A stretch of DNA of 32,669 bases from the IMG/VR virus record IMGVR_UViG_3300049859_000126, positions 1 through 32,669 of that record; one strand, given 5' to 3'. A program made the position numbers and the translations under genes. The DNA comes from a virus. Lineage: Duplodnaviria; Caudoviricetes. The notes beneath the pieces are model-generated. The model had not been told where the DNA came from and ran no database searches. It saw only the letters and a list, made by a program, of their open reading frames with translations. The stretch's first letter is position 1; each line of letters opens with the position of its first letter. This document shows positions 1-6,572 of this stretch, piece after piece.

Positions 1-260
1 TCCACCAGTGGCGCGGGTGGCTTGAGGAGGCCGGTCAGTTCTTCGATGCTTTGCGCCCGTCTCAGTGCCTCCTTAACCAGGGGGAAGAATCCCTTGCGCT
101 CCGCCTTGGTCGCGCTGCTGGGGCAGTCAACAGATAAGGACGTTTCCACGCCTTCCTGTGTGATGAAGACGTTTTGCCAGATGCTCCCGTCTGGCAGCTT
201 GCCCAGGGTGAGGGTAACGGTTTTGAATGGTGACAGCTTCATACTTTTAACGTAATTCAT
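1..260 (-). CDS. Hypothetical protein, partial (runs off the left edge); MNYVKSMKLSPFKTVTLTLGKLPDG...
   Basis: Manually translated. ATG at 260 preceded by AAAGGGG; no stop before position 1, which explains its absence from the ORF track. Confidence 0.65.
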   Translation of the reverse strand, partial: MNYVKSMKLSPFKTVTLTLGKLPDGSIWQNVFITQEGVETSLSVDCPSSATKAERKGFFPLVKEALRRAQSIEELTGLLKPPAPLV

Positions 261-287
261 TTTGGCCCCTTTTGCACGGTTAACTGG

Positions 288-403
288 TTGGTGTTACGGG
301 TTCAGCGTTTGGTGTTACGGGTTCAGCGTTTGGTGTTACGGGTTCAGCGTTTGGTGTTACGGGTTCAGCGTTTGGTGTTACGGGTTCAGCGTTTGGTGTT
401 ACG
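288..403. repeat. Perfect 21-bp tandem repeat (TTGGTGTTACGGGTTCAGCGT) x5.5, intergenic
   Basis: Read directly from the sequence. Confidence 0.97.
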
Positions 404-417
404 ACCCTTGGGGCAGT

Positions 418-705
418 TTAATAGAATCTACGAAGTTCCATCATTTCTATACAGATGGTGCTTCCTTCTATGAGTGCAGCATAGTCTGTATAGAATCTAA
501 GAAACCTTTTTCTTAGGTATCCATTGGTGCAATAAGGGGCAGCGTTTTTCAGGTGGTACCATGCTGCCCGTATCTTCTCATCATCGCTTTTCATTCTTGA
601 CAGACTATCATTTCTCTGCATAACATTGAAAGCCCTGTCAAGGTAACTTTCCCCAATTTGATCAGTGTATGGTATCATCTCTTTCTCCTTTTGGTACGGG
701 TTCAT
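418..705 (-). CDS. Hypothetical protein (95 aa)
   Basis: ATGA overlap with the upstream gene; same strand as its neighbours. Confidence 0.7.
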   Translation of the reverse strand: MNPYQKEKEMIPYTDQIGESYLDRAFNVMQRNDSLSRMKSDDEKIRAAWYHLKNAAPYCTNGYLRKRFLRFYTDYAALIEGSTICIEMMELRRFY

Positions 706-944
706 CGTTTGGTGTCACTGATCTTTTCGACTGCTTCCTGTACCTCTACCAGGATGTCGCGTTTCTCTTTATACACGGTCAGGAGTTCCTGAGACAACCG
801 AACTGCAAGTTCAGCGGCCCTTATGGCCTCATCCTGGATAGCTACAGCCTCACGAGCTGAAGCTAAAGCCTTAATATAGTCCCCCTGCACTAAGAAAGAC
901 CGGGTACAAGCAGCTTGCTGATTAAAACGTTCCTCAAAATCCAT
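702..944 (-). CDS. Hypothetical helical/coiled-coil protein (80 aa)
   Basis: ATG at 944 with GGAGG at 952-956; Ala/Glu-rich amphipathic sequence. Confidence 0.75.
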   Translation of the reverse strand: MDFEERFNQQAACTRSFLVQGDYIKALASAREAVAIQDEAIRAAELAVRLSQELLTVYKEKRDILVEVQEAVEKISDTKR

Positions 945-946
945 GA

Positions 947-1361
947 TCAAGCCTCCATATTGTTGATAAGTTTGAGCAGGTCTTGATACTGCTGCTCTCG
1001 TTCAGCTTCAATTGCTTCAGTAACACGCGGCGAGGAGCCAGAGAGGGCCACGGCTGCTCTTAGATGCCCGGGTGGCCTCTATTGCGGCCCCATCCCTTGC
1101 GGTCTGTTGTGCTTCTTCGGTTGTCCGGGCTATGGCCCTTTCAGTGGCTCTAAAAAGACACAGTGAAGCCCTGTCCTTGCTGTGCAGCCACTGAATAGCC
1201 CAAGCGTCCCAGGCAGCCCGGCCTGACCATTGGGAGCAACCAGGGAGGCCCAGCACACAGCGGAGGGCGCGTTCAGTCAGCAGGCCGGGCAGCAACACGG
1301 CGTTGATTGCTTCAGATCGGTCGTCGTTCTTCATCAGCTTGGTTTTCGTACTTGAGTGCAT
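947..1361 (-). pseudogene. Apparently frameshifted gene with a W-x-x-W-A-x-x-W...D-R motif; paralog of the N-terminal domain of 3437-4414
   Basis: ATG at 1361 with AAAGGAG. The zero frame stops at 1017. The +1 frame from about 1060 reads RAAVALSGSSPRVTEAIEAEREQQYQDLLKLINNMEA* and ends at 947, next to the following start codon. Confidence 0.6.
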
Positions 1362-1383
1362 TTTGACTCCTTTCAAGGGTTTA

Positions 1384-1431
1384 GCGGATACACATGCGGA
1401 TACACATGCGGATACACATGCGGATACACAT
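1384..1431. repeat. Perfect 12-bp tandem repeat (GCGGATACACAT) x4
   Basis: Read directly from the sequence. Confidence 0.97.
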
Positions 1432-1566
1432 CCAGAACACTGAAGGCCAACCGATTCACTAAAATAGCCCGGCCAGTTGAGAGCAAAAAGTGTTCACTGT
1501 TATTTCAAGGGTTTAAGCCATTTTTGCAAGTACCTTGAATCACTGCTAATCCATAAGTACCTGTAT

Positions 1567-1850
1567 TCGTTCAACAAGAGTTCCAGATTCGCGCTTTAAC
1601 TCGTGCGTCATGGATCGTTAATAACCAGAGGGGTTTAGCTCACTTTTCTCGAGTCCACGAGTTCCGCCTTAACATATATACTATTACAGCATTATGTGTA
1701 TATATCTCTCTTAAAACATACCTTTCTATATCTAAGATAATAGATGTTAAAGTAACTCGTGGACTCGAGAAAAGTGAGCTAAACCCCTCTGGTTATTAAC
1801 GATCCATGACGCACGAGTTCCACCCCCGAATCTGGAACTCTTGTGAACGA
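1567..1850. repeat. Long inverted repeat: perfect 66-bp arms (1598-1663 / 1754-1819), outer ~24-bp arms (1567-1591 / 1827-1850), 90-bp AT-rich spacer; candidate replication origin or cruciform
   Basis: Arms checked base by base as reverse complements. The function is inferred only. Confidence 0.9.
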
Positions 1851-1917
1851 TTTCAAGCACTTACAAAACTACAGTGATTTGAGGCACATCCGTTTTCGCC
1901 AATGTTATCAGGAGGAT

Positions 1918-1973
1918 GGCCGACCCTTTTTTTGCCCTCAACCGGCCGACCCTTTTTGACGAACCGGCCGACC
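1918..1973. repeat. Three GGCCGACC direct repeats (1918, 1944, 1966), two followed by C and a T-run; iteron-like
   Basis: Seen in sequence, adjacent to the long inverted repeat. Confidence 0.6.
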
Positions 1974-2026
1974 TGTTGGCATAAATCGTAACACTTTTTG
2001 CCATTTTTTGGCAAGGCTCCCCGTGC

Positions 2027-2061
2027 TACTATCATCAATACTATCATCAATACTATCATCA
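2027..2061. repeat. 12-bp tandem repeat (TACTATCATCAA) x2.9
   Basis: Read directly from the sequence. Confidence 0.9.
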
Positions 2062-2092
2062 GCACCGCAGAGGAACAGACCCTCTGCGGTGC
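2062..2092 (-). terminator. 12-bp perfect GC-rich hairpin right after the 2101-2424 stop; terminator or mRNA-processing stem
   Basis: GCACCGCAGAGG-N7-CCTCTGCGGTGC; no clear U-tract. Confidence 0.5.
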
Positions 2093-2100
2093 AACAGACC

Positions 2101-2424
2101 TTATGCAGTACACTGCCCATTTAACCTGTGGTGCTGGCACTCTGAGTTACAGCCGTTAGAGAACTCCCTTCTATACGGCAGGTAGTGAGTGCAGCTCTCC
2201 TCATTACAGTTTTCATAAGCATAGCAGTAACCATCTTCGCCCCTTAAAAAGGTTTCAGCGTTATAATCCCTCCCCTTCTGGGTACTAAGGATACCCAGAA
2301 GACCTAACATATATTCAGAGCAGCACCCCATGAACATGGTTTCTTTACCAGTTTTCCCGCAAGTAGGGCATTCGATAGCTGTTTGCAACTTACCAGCTGC
2401 ATTAAATAACAACTTCATAACCAT
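2101..2424 (-). CDS. Cys-rich hypothetical protein, possible zinc-binding (107 aa)
   Basis: CPTC, CC and CxxxxC motifs; GGGG RBS. Confidence 0.7.
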   Translation of the reverse strand: MVMKLLFNAAGKLQTAIECPTCGKTGKETMFMGCCSEYMLGLLGILSTQKGRDYNAETFLRGEDGYCYAYENCNEESCTHYLPYRREFSNGCNSECQHHRLNGQCTA

Positions 2425-2431
2425 AACCCCG

Positions 2432-3016
2432 TCATTTGTTGTGAGTAAACATACAAGCCAACTTCCTGCCGATCTGTTGAGCGTGTTCTTTCATAGTCGT
2501 ACACCACATGCCCCTGTTGTCCCAATCGTCAATATACAGGAAGGCATAGAACCCTTTTGCCCAAACGTTTTTAGTGAATACCACCTTCGCACAATCTAAC
2601 CTGATAACATAGTCCCTTTCTCCCTGCCTCTCCTTCTTTACTCTTTCACCTCGCACCATTCTGTTTATGGTGTCCATATCTTTTAGGCTTACGTGCTTTT
2701 TTAAGACTGGAGTAACGCCCTTTTCTTTTGCCTCCCGATGGTTGTCTTTCTCCACTTCGTATTCTACCAGACCCAACAGGCCATTTGTAGAATACATCAG
2801 AGTAAAACGGCAGCACAGCTTACCAGGTTCTTTGTTTGTTATCATAGAACCACAGTTGCAAGGAAGAGGGTACAGTTTAGCATACTCAGCTTTTAACTTC
2901 TCCTCTATTTCATAGCTGGCCAGTCTCACAGTGTCATAACAGCAGAGGCGGTCTGTCAGGTGCTCAGTTGCTCTGTTGGTATGTACCAGACCACATTTAG
3001 TGCAGATGATTTTCAT
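2432..3016 (-). CDS. Cys-rich hypothetical protein (194 aa)
   Basis: CTKC, CC and CNC motifs; AGGGGG RBS. Confidence 0.8.
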   Translation of the reverse strand: MKIICTKCGLVHTNRATEHLTDRLCCYDTVRLASYEIEEKLKAEYAKLYPLPCNCGSMITNKEPGKLCCRFTLMYSTNGLLGLVEYEVEKDNHREAKEKGVTPVLKKHVSLKDMDTINRMVRGERVKKERQGERDYVIRLDCAKVVFTKNVWAKGFYAFLYIDDWDNRGMWCTTMKEHAQQIGRKLACMFTHNK

Positions 3017-3028
3017 TCTACCCCCTGG

Positions 3029-3373
3029 TTAATAAAGGATTTTATGGATTACAGTGTGATCTACAGCCTTAACAAACTTAAAGTAACTCAGAAGACTTGA
3101 GGCTCCACCTTTTATGGCCTCAGTTAGGTTTGACCTGCGCAGTTTAAAGCACCTTTCAGACTTGTGAACAATCACAGTTTCAAACAGCTTTCTGTTGTCT
3201 TTATCCCTCCAGAGCACAATCTGTACGGATGGAGTGACCTCAATTAGATAGTCTTCACCAGTTTTCTGGCGTTTAACCAGTGTAGATTTCCCTTTTGCCC
3301 TCAAGTCTTTTAAAGCCTTATACCCTGTTTCACTAATTCTTGGCAGCGTAAAAGGGCCGTAGTTCTTCAGCAT
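3029..3373 (-). CDS. Basic hypothetical protein (114 aa)
   Basis: ORF in the operon with an AGGGGA RBS. Confidence 0.75.
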   Translation of the reverse strand: MLKNYGPFTLPRISETGYKALKDLRAKGKSTLVKRQKTGEDYLIEVTPSVQIVLWRDKDNRKLFETVIVHKSERCFKLRRSNLTEAIKGGASSLLSYFKFVKAVDHTVIHKILY

Positions 3374-3392
3374 GATTTATTCCCCTGGTTAA

Positions 3393-3410
3393 GGAGGGCT
3401 TCGGCCCTCC
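3393..3410. terminator. Intergenic hairpin GGAGGGC-TTCG-GCCCTCC
   Basis: Perfect 7-bp stem with a tetraloop; only a weak U-tract on the coding (-) strand. Confidence 0.5.
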
Positions 3411-3444
3411 AAAGTTGATTAGATGTTCAAAGTTGATTAGATGT
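3410..3444. repeat. 18-bp tandem duplication (CAAAGTTGATTAGATGT) covering the stop codon of 3437-4414
   Basis: Seen in sequence. Confidence 0.85.
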
Positions 3445-4414
3445 CCAGTTCAATCCGGTAGGCCAGCGTTCTCAAAGCCTCTTCAAAACCGAACCACGCC
3501 AGCAGGTTTTGATTTTCGTCTTCTTCACAGAAAGGGTCTTCAGCATCAAAATTATCACCAAACAAACCCTTCATGCTGTCTATCCCGCAGTCACTCATTA
3601 ACTCAGTAACAAGTTTTTGAATGTCTTTCTTGTGCTTCCTGTAGAAGGCTACACAGTCCGCTGTATATATTAACTCCCCAACTGTTCCGTTTACACAGCC
3701 ACCCGAAAGCACGTCTTTTACAAAGTCTTCGCTTTCTCTCTTACCTGCTATCCTTGCAACGGCCCTTTCAAGTTCCGTTTCGGCAGCGTTAAAGAGTTTG
3801 TCACTGATGCTTTCCCCCTCTGTATAACCCTCAATCAGAGTTAACAAGTCATCAAGCTGCTTTGTATAACCCTCAATCAGAGTTAACAAGTCATCAAGCT
3901 GCTTTGTAATCTCAAGCTGCTCTGTATAACCCTCAATCAGAGTTAACAAGTCATCAAGCTGCTTTGTAATCTCAATATCCCTTATGCGCCTTGATACGTT
4001 GCTGTTATTTACCCAAGCAACAGACCAGTCTGCGCATCGCAAGCAACATTCACCGACGCATTCATACTTACGGTTATTTCTAAGCATCCATGATTCCGCA
4101 GATGCAAAGTCATAGGCTGCCCTTGTCACATGTAGGGCCGTTTGAACGTTAGGAACTGGCGCGTTTTGGCTCCATTCTACTTTAAACGCCGCTTGTGCAG
4201 CTTTTGCTGTCCTGTCTCCTCCTGATACCCACTTGTCCGCCCATTCCAGCCATGCAAGCGGAACTGCTTTCTTGCGGCCTCTCGCAATGGCCCTTGTGAT
4301 GGTCTTCACTGCCCACTCTTTCCTGATTGCATCAGGAATTTCAGCAGAACGCAGCATCTCATGTAGTTCTTGTTCTTTGTTATTGGTCAGCATTAAAACG
4401 ATTGCAGCTTTCAT
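3437..4414 (-). CDS. Two-domain early protein: N-terminal WxxWAxxW-SG-DR domain, triplicated linker, acidic C-terminal DUF7222-like domain (possible Ocr-like DNA mimic)
   Basis: C-terminal motif GGCVNGTVGELIY...FY...H...LAWFGFEE, rich in D/E; family recalled from motif, not searched. Confidence 0.6.
   Translation of the reverse strand: MKAAIVLMLTNNKEQELHEMLRSAEIPDAIRKEWAVKTITRAIARGRKKAVPLAWLEWADKWVSGGDRTAKAAQAAFKVEWSQNAPVPNVQTALHVTRAAYDFASAESWMLRNNRKYECVGECCLRCADWSVAWVNNSNVSRRIRDIEITKQLDDLLTLIEGYTEQLEITKQLDDLLTLIEGYTKQLDDLLTLIEGYTEGESISDKLFNAAETELERAVARIAGKRESEDFVKDVLSGGCVNGTVGELIYTADCVAFYRKHKKDIQKLVTELMSDCGIDSMKGLFGDNFDAEDPFCEEDENQNLLAWFGFEEALRTLAYRIELDI
3821..3975. repeat. In-frame triplication (copies at 3821, 3863, 3923) encoding KQLDDLLTLIEGYT
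   Basis: Identical nucleotide copies at 42- and 60-bp offsets. Confidence 0.95.
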
Positions 4415-4432
4415 AGTATTCCTCTCTAGTTA

Positions 4433-4759
4433 TTAGTAGTGCATCCGCACTGTTTCAGTTAATCCGAACCACACCCTTTTAATTGACTCCAGAACATCCG
4501 TCCCTGCAAGTCTGTATCTAAGATATTCGCTTTCTTTCGTCCACAGACTTTTATACATAGTAAGTCTGCTTTTAAAGTTCAAGCCTTTATACCTCTTTAA
4601 CATCCTTTCATATACTTGTTTTATAGTCTTCTCAAGTGCAGCCTCAACTGTAGCCAGACACTCTTTCCAGCTTATGTCTAACAGCTTACAGTTTCGCTGT
4701 TTAGCCAGCCGCCTGCGGATGTTCCAAGCTGCTTTGTTTCTTTCGCTTGTGATTAGCAT
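4433..4759 (-). CDS. Basic hypothetical protein, first gene of the leftward operon (108 aa)
   Basis: Directly downstream of a consensus promoter; GAGGAAAGGA precedes the ATG. Confidence 0.8.
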   Translation of the reverse strand: MLITSERNKAAWNIRRRLAKQRNCKLLDISWKECLATVEAALEKTIKQVYERMLKRYKGLNFKSRLTMYKSLWTKESEYLRYRLAGTDVLESIKRVWFGLTETVRMHY

Positions 4760-4771
4760 TTCCTTTCCTCT

Positions 4772-4800
4772 ATTATAACCGATCTTACTTTGGGAGTCAA
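4772..4800 (-). promoter_or_regulatory. Sigma-70 early promoter TTGACT-N17-TATAAT; palindrome AAGAACT-N5-AGTTCTT (4799-4817) overlaps the -35 edge
   Basis: 11/12 consensus match with 17-bp spacing. Confidence 0.8.
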
Positions 4801-4857
4801 GAACTCTTTAAGTTCTTTTCTTTTTTCCTCCTTCTCATTCACTTCATACCCTTATAA

Positions 4858-4874
4858 TGCAAAGACTATGCCAG
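4858..4874 (-). promoter_or_regulatory. Sigma-54-type -24/-12 promoter CTGGCATAGTCTTTGCA
   Basis: GG-N10-GC spacing, matches YTGGCAY-N4-TTTGCW; intergenic and pointing into the early operon. Confidence 0.65.
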
Positions 4875-4909
4875 TTTACAGTTTATGAGTTAAGTCATTG
4901 TAAATACTG

Positions 4910-4932
4910 AGTTTATTAGTTTATTAGTTTAT
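4910..4932. repeat. 8-bp tandem repeat (AGTTTATT) x2.9
   Basis: Seen in sequence. Confidence 0.8.
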
Positions 4933-5024
4933 AAGTCTTATTATACCCTATACAAGGTGAGTAATACTTATACAGTACAGAACTCATAAAGTGCAAAAGT
5001 TGTTAAGTTTATGAGGATATTCAG

Positions 5025-5063
5025 ACTGTGTAATCCTTATACAGTGTGTAACTTTTACACAGT
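5025..5063. promoter_or_regulatory. Two abutting palindromes, TGTGTAA-N3-TTA(C/T)ACA
   Basis: ACTGTGTAA-TCC-TTATACAGT (5025-5045) and AGTGTGTAA-CTT-TTACACAGT (5043-5063). Confidence 0.5.
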
Positions 5064-5091
5064 GCCACGTTGTAGGATCATAGGGGGCATA

Positions 5092-5359
5092 CTACTTTGT
5101 GGTGTCCTACTTTGTGGTGTCCTACTTTGTGGTGTCCTACTTTGTGGTGTCCTACTTTGTGGTGTCCTACTTTGTGGTGTCCTACTTTGTGGTGTCCTAC
5201 TTTGTGGTGTCCTACTTTGTGGTGTCCTACAGCATGGCATAGGGGCATACTACTTTGTGGTGTCCTACAGCATGGCATAGGGGCATACTACTTTGTGGTG
5301 TCCTACAGCATGGCATAGGGGCATACTACTTTGTGGTGTCCTACAGCATGGCATAGGGG
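5092..5359. repeat. Compound array: 15-bp unit (CTACTTTGTGGTGTC) x9 (5092-5226), then a 38-bp unit containing the 15-mer x3.5 (5227-5359)
   Basis: Read directly from the sequence; no variable spacers. Confidence 0.97.
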
Positions 5360-5381
5360 GTGGTGGGGTGAGGGGGTGGGG
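5356..5381 (+). other. G-quadruplex-forming motif G5-TGGT-G4-TGA-G5-T-G4
   Basis: Four runs of at least 4 G with short loops. Confidence 0.6.
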
Positions 5382-5437
5382 TACCTCCCTCTATCTATGA
5401 AACGGCCACCGCTATACACCTCATAAAAAATTAGGGT

Positions 5438-5522
5438 TTCCAAATTTTGGAATATAGAAACTACTTTCCAAGATTTGGAATACTAATTTATTACACTTTT
5501 ACAGACCTTCCAGGATGTGGAA
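5438..5522. promoter_or_regulatory. Three palindromic boxes TTCCA-N5-TGGAA (5438-5452, 5466-5480, 5508-5522)
   Basis: Identical half-sites with variable centres, just upstream of the terS promoter. Confidence 0.7.
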
Positions 5523-5531
5523 CACTTTTCT

Positions 5532-5560
5532 TTGACTTCTTTCGATATAGGAGGTATAGT
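5532..5560 (+). promoter_or_regulatory. Sigma-70 promoter TTGACT-N17-TATAGT for the late operon
   Basis: 10/12 consensus match with 17-bp spacer; the ATG at 5567 is 7 nt after the -10 box. Confidence 0.7.
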
Positions 5561-5566
5561 TCTTGT

Positions 5567-6031
5567 ATGGAACCATACACCCTACAAAATACGTCATACC
5601 TTGAGCAGCTCCTGAGGTTGCGGTACGAAATCTTAGGTGAGACCTTCGAGGCTATGGCGGCAAGTCACGGCCTGGTAGCCTCCGTGATCCGCCAACTTGC
5701 GACCCGTGAGGGGTGGAAGCAGCGTTTCCCTGCGATCAAGTCACCTTCTGAAAAAAATTCAGATGGGTATGAGGAGCTGGTACGTTCAAGACTTGCAATC
5801 TTTGATGCCGCTAAGGACTTAATGTTGGCAGGGCACATTGCTTATGCTGAGGGTCGCATATTTGAAAGGGTGACAGAAATTCTTGGAGACGATGAGTGTA
5901 ACAATCTCAGAGGGATGACTATGGCACTTGCCTTGATAAAGAGTATCCAAGGGTCTCTTGCAAAGAAAGAAGCCCAAGACGCAGGACTTCCGCTCTTTAT
6001 TCTGAAAGACATGTCAGGTACAAAAAAATGA
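5567..6031 (+). CDS. terS: Putative terminase small subunit (N-terminal HTH)
   Basis: RLRYE..G.T...MAASHGL....IRQLA.REGW pattern; first late gene, upstream of TerL; start moved from TTG 5447 to ATG 5567. Confidence 0.6.
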   Translation: MEPYTLQNTSYLEQLLRLRYEILGETFEAMAASHGLVASVIRQLATREGWKQRFPAIKSPSEKNSDGYEELVRSRLAIFDAAKDLMLAGHIAYAEGRIFERVTEILGDDECNNLRGMTMALALIKSIQGSLAKKEAQDAGLPLFILKDMSGTKK

Positions 6032-6153
6032 AATTTGCCTTCATACTAATCCTGGTATTGCTGATACACGGATGCGTTCAGAGTCCTCAACCAGCCCCAG
6101 CCCCAGCCCCCTTGCCGAGCTGCCCACCAGCTTGCATCGCAGGAGACCGGTAA
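6028..6153 (+). CDS. Small Pro-rich lipoprotein (41 aa) MKFAFILILVLLIHGCVQSPQPAPAPAPLPSCPPACIAGDR
   Basis: Not in the ORF track. ATGA overlap upstream, TAATG overlap downstream, signal peptide with an IHG-C lipobox. Confidence 0.75.
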   Translation: MKFAFILILVLLIHGCVQSPQPAPAPAPLPSCPPACIAGDR

Positions 6154-6572
6154 TGAAACTCCCCCTGGTTGTTGCCCTTGTGCTATCCTCGTGTAGTCCG
6201 GTGTGTGCGTTTACTGTAAGACCAGAAGATCGCAAATCTGAGTTGGTGGCGTTGGAAGTACACTTAGAGGTAACTCAGAATGTTCTAAAAGAGCTAAGAA
6301 CAACCTTGGACACCACTAATACTACTCTACAGGGCGTGGGTCTAACTTTAACGACGATACAGAACAACCTTGACAGGCACACAGAGAGAATAGAAAGACT
6401 CGAACAGACTGTCACGAAACAAGGTGGTGTTGTAGCTGCTCTTGAAGATGAAAAAAAAAAATTAAATAACCTACTAACTTTCTTATGCTACCTAGCTACT
6501 GCCGTGGCAGTTATACTGGGATTCTGTAAGAGGTCACATATAAAATCAGCCATAGTTGGGCCTAAGAAATGA
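6153..6572 (+). CDS. Membrane coiled-coil protein (N-terminal signal, possible LSS-C lipobox; C-terminal TM helix); spanin- or XhlA-like topology
   Basis: Start moved to ATG 6153; heptad region followed by a hydrophobic LLTFLCYLATAVAVILGFC segment. Confidence 0.65.
   Translation: MKLPLVVALVLSSCSPVCAFTVRPEDRKSELVALEVHLEVTQNVLKELRTTLDTTNTTLQGVGLTLTTIQNNLDRHTERIERLEQTVTKQGGVVAALEDEKKKLNNLLTFLCYLATAVAVILGFCKRSHIKSAIVGPKK

Noticed and set aside
262-516. Repeat-derived ORFs (262-516, 288-473; likewise 1356-1538, 1853-2140 and 5011-5318)
   Set aside because: Open frames arise from stop-free repeat units, lack convincing RBSs, and several oppose the local gene direction.
1567-1850. Retron msr-msd, protelomerase tel site or MITE
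   Set aside because: No reverse transcriptase, protelomerase or transposase in the window. The 90-bp asymmetric spacer is unlike tel palindromes, and no target-site duplication was seen.
2432-3373. Paralogy between the C-terminus of 2432-3016 and 3029-3373 (RQGERDYVI vs QKTGEDYLI)
   Set aside because: Similarity is too short to support without a profile alignment.
3393-3410. N4-type virion RNA polymerase hairpin promoter
   Set aside because: It has a tetraloop rather than the 3-nt loop, is a single copy, and no vRNAP is identifiable in the window.
5092-5359. CRISPR array
   Set aside because: Units are contiguous or separated by identical sequence; no unique spacers and no cas genes. The same applies to 288-403.
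5447-5566. N-terminal extensions given in the ORF track (starts at 5447, 6072 and 12284)
   Set aside because: They overlap promoter/operator DNA or other genes; ATGs at 5567, 6153 and 12365 have better RBS or coupling support.
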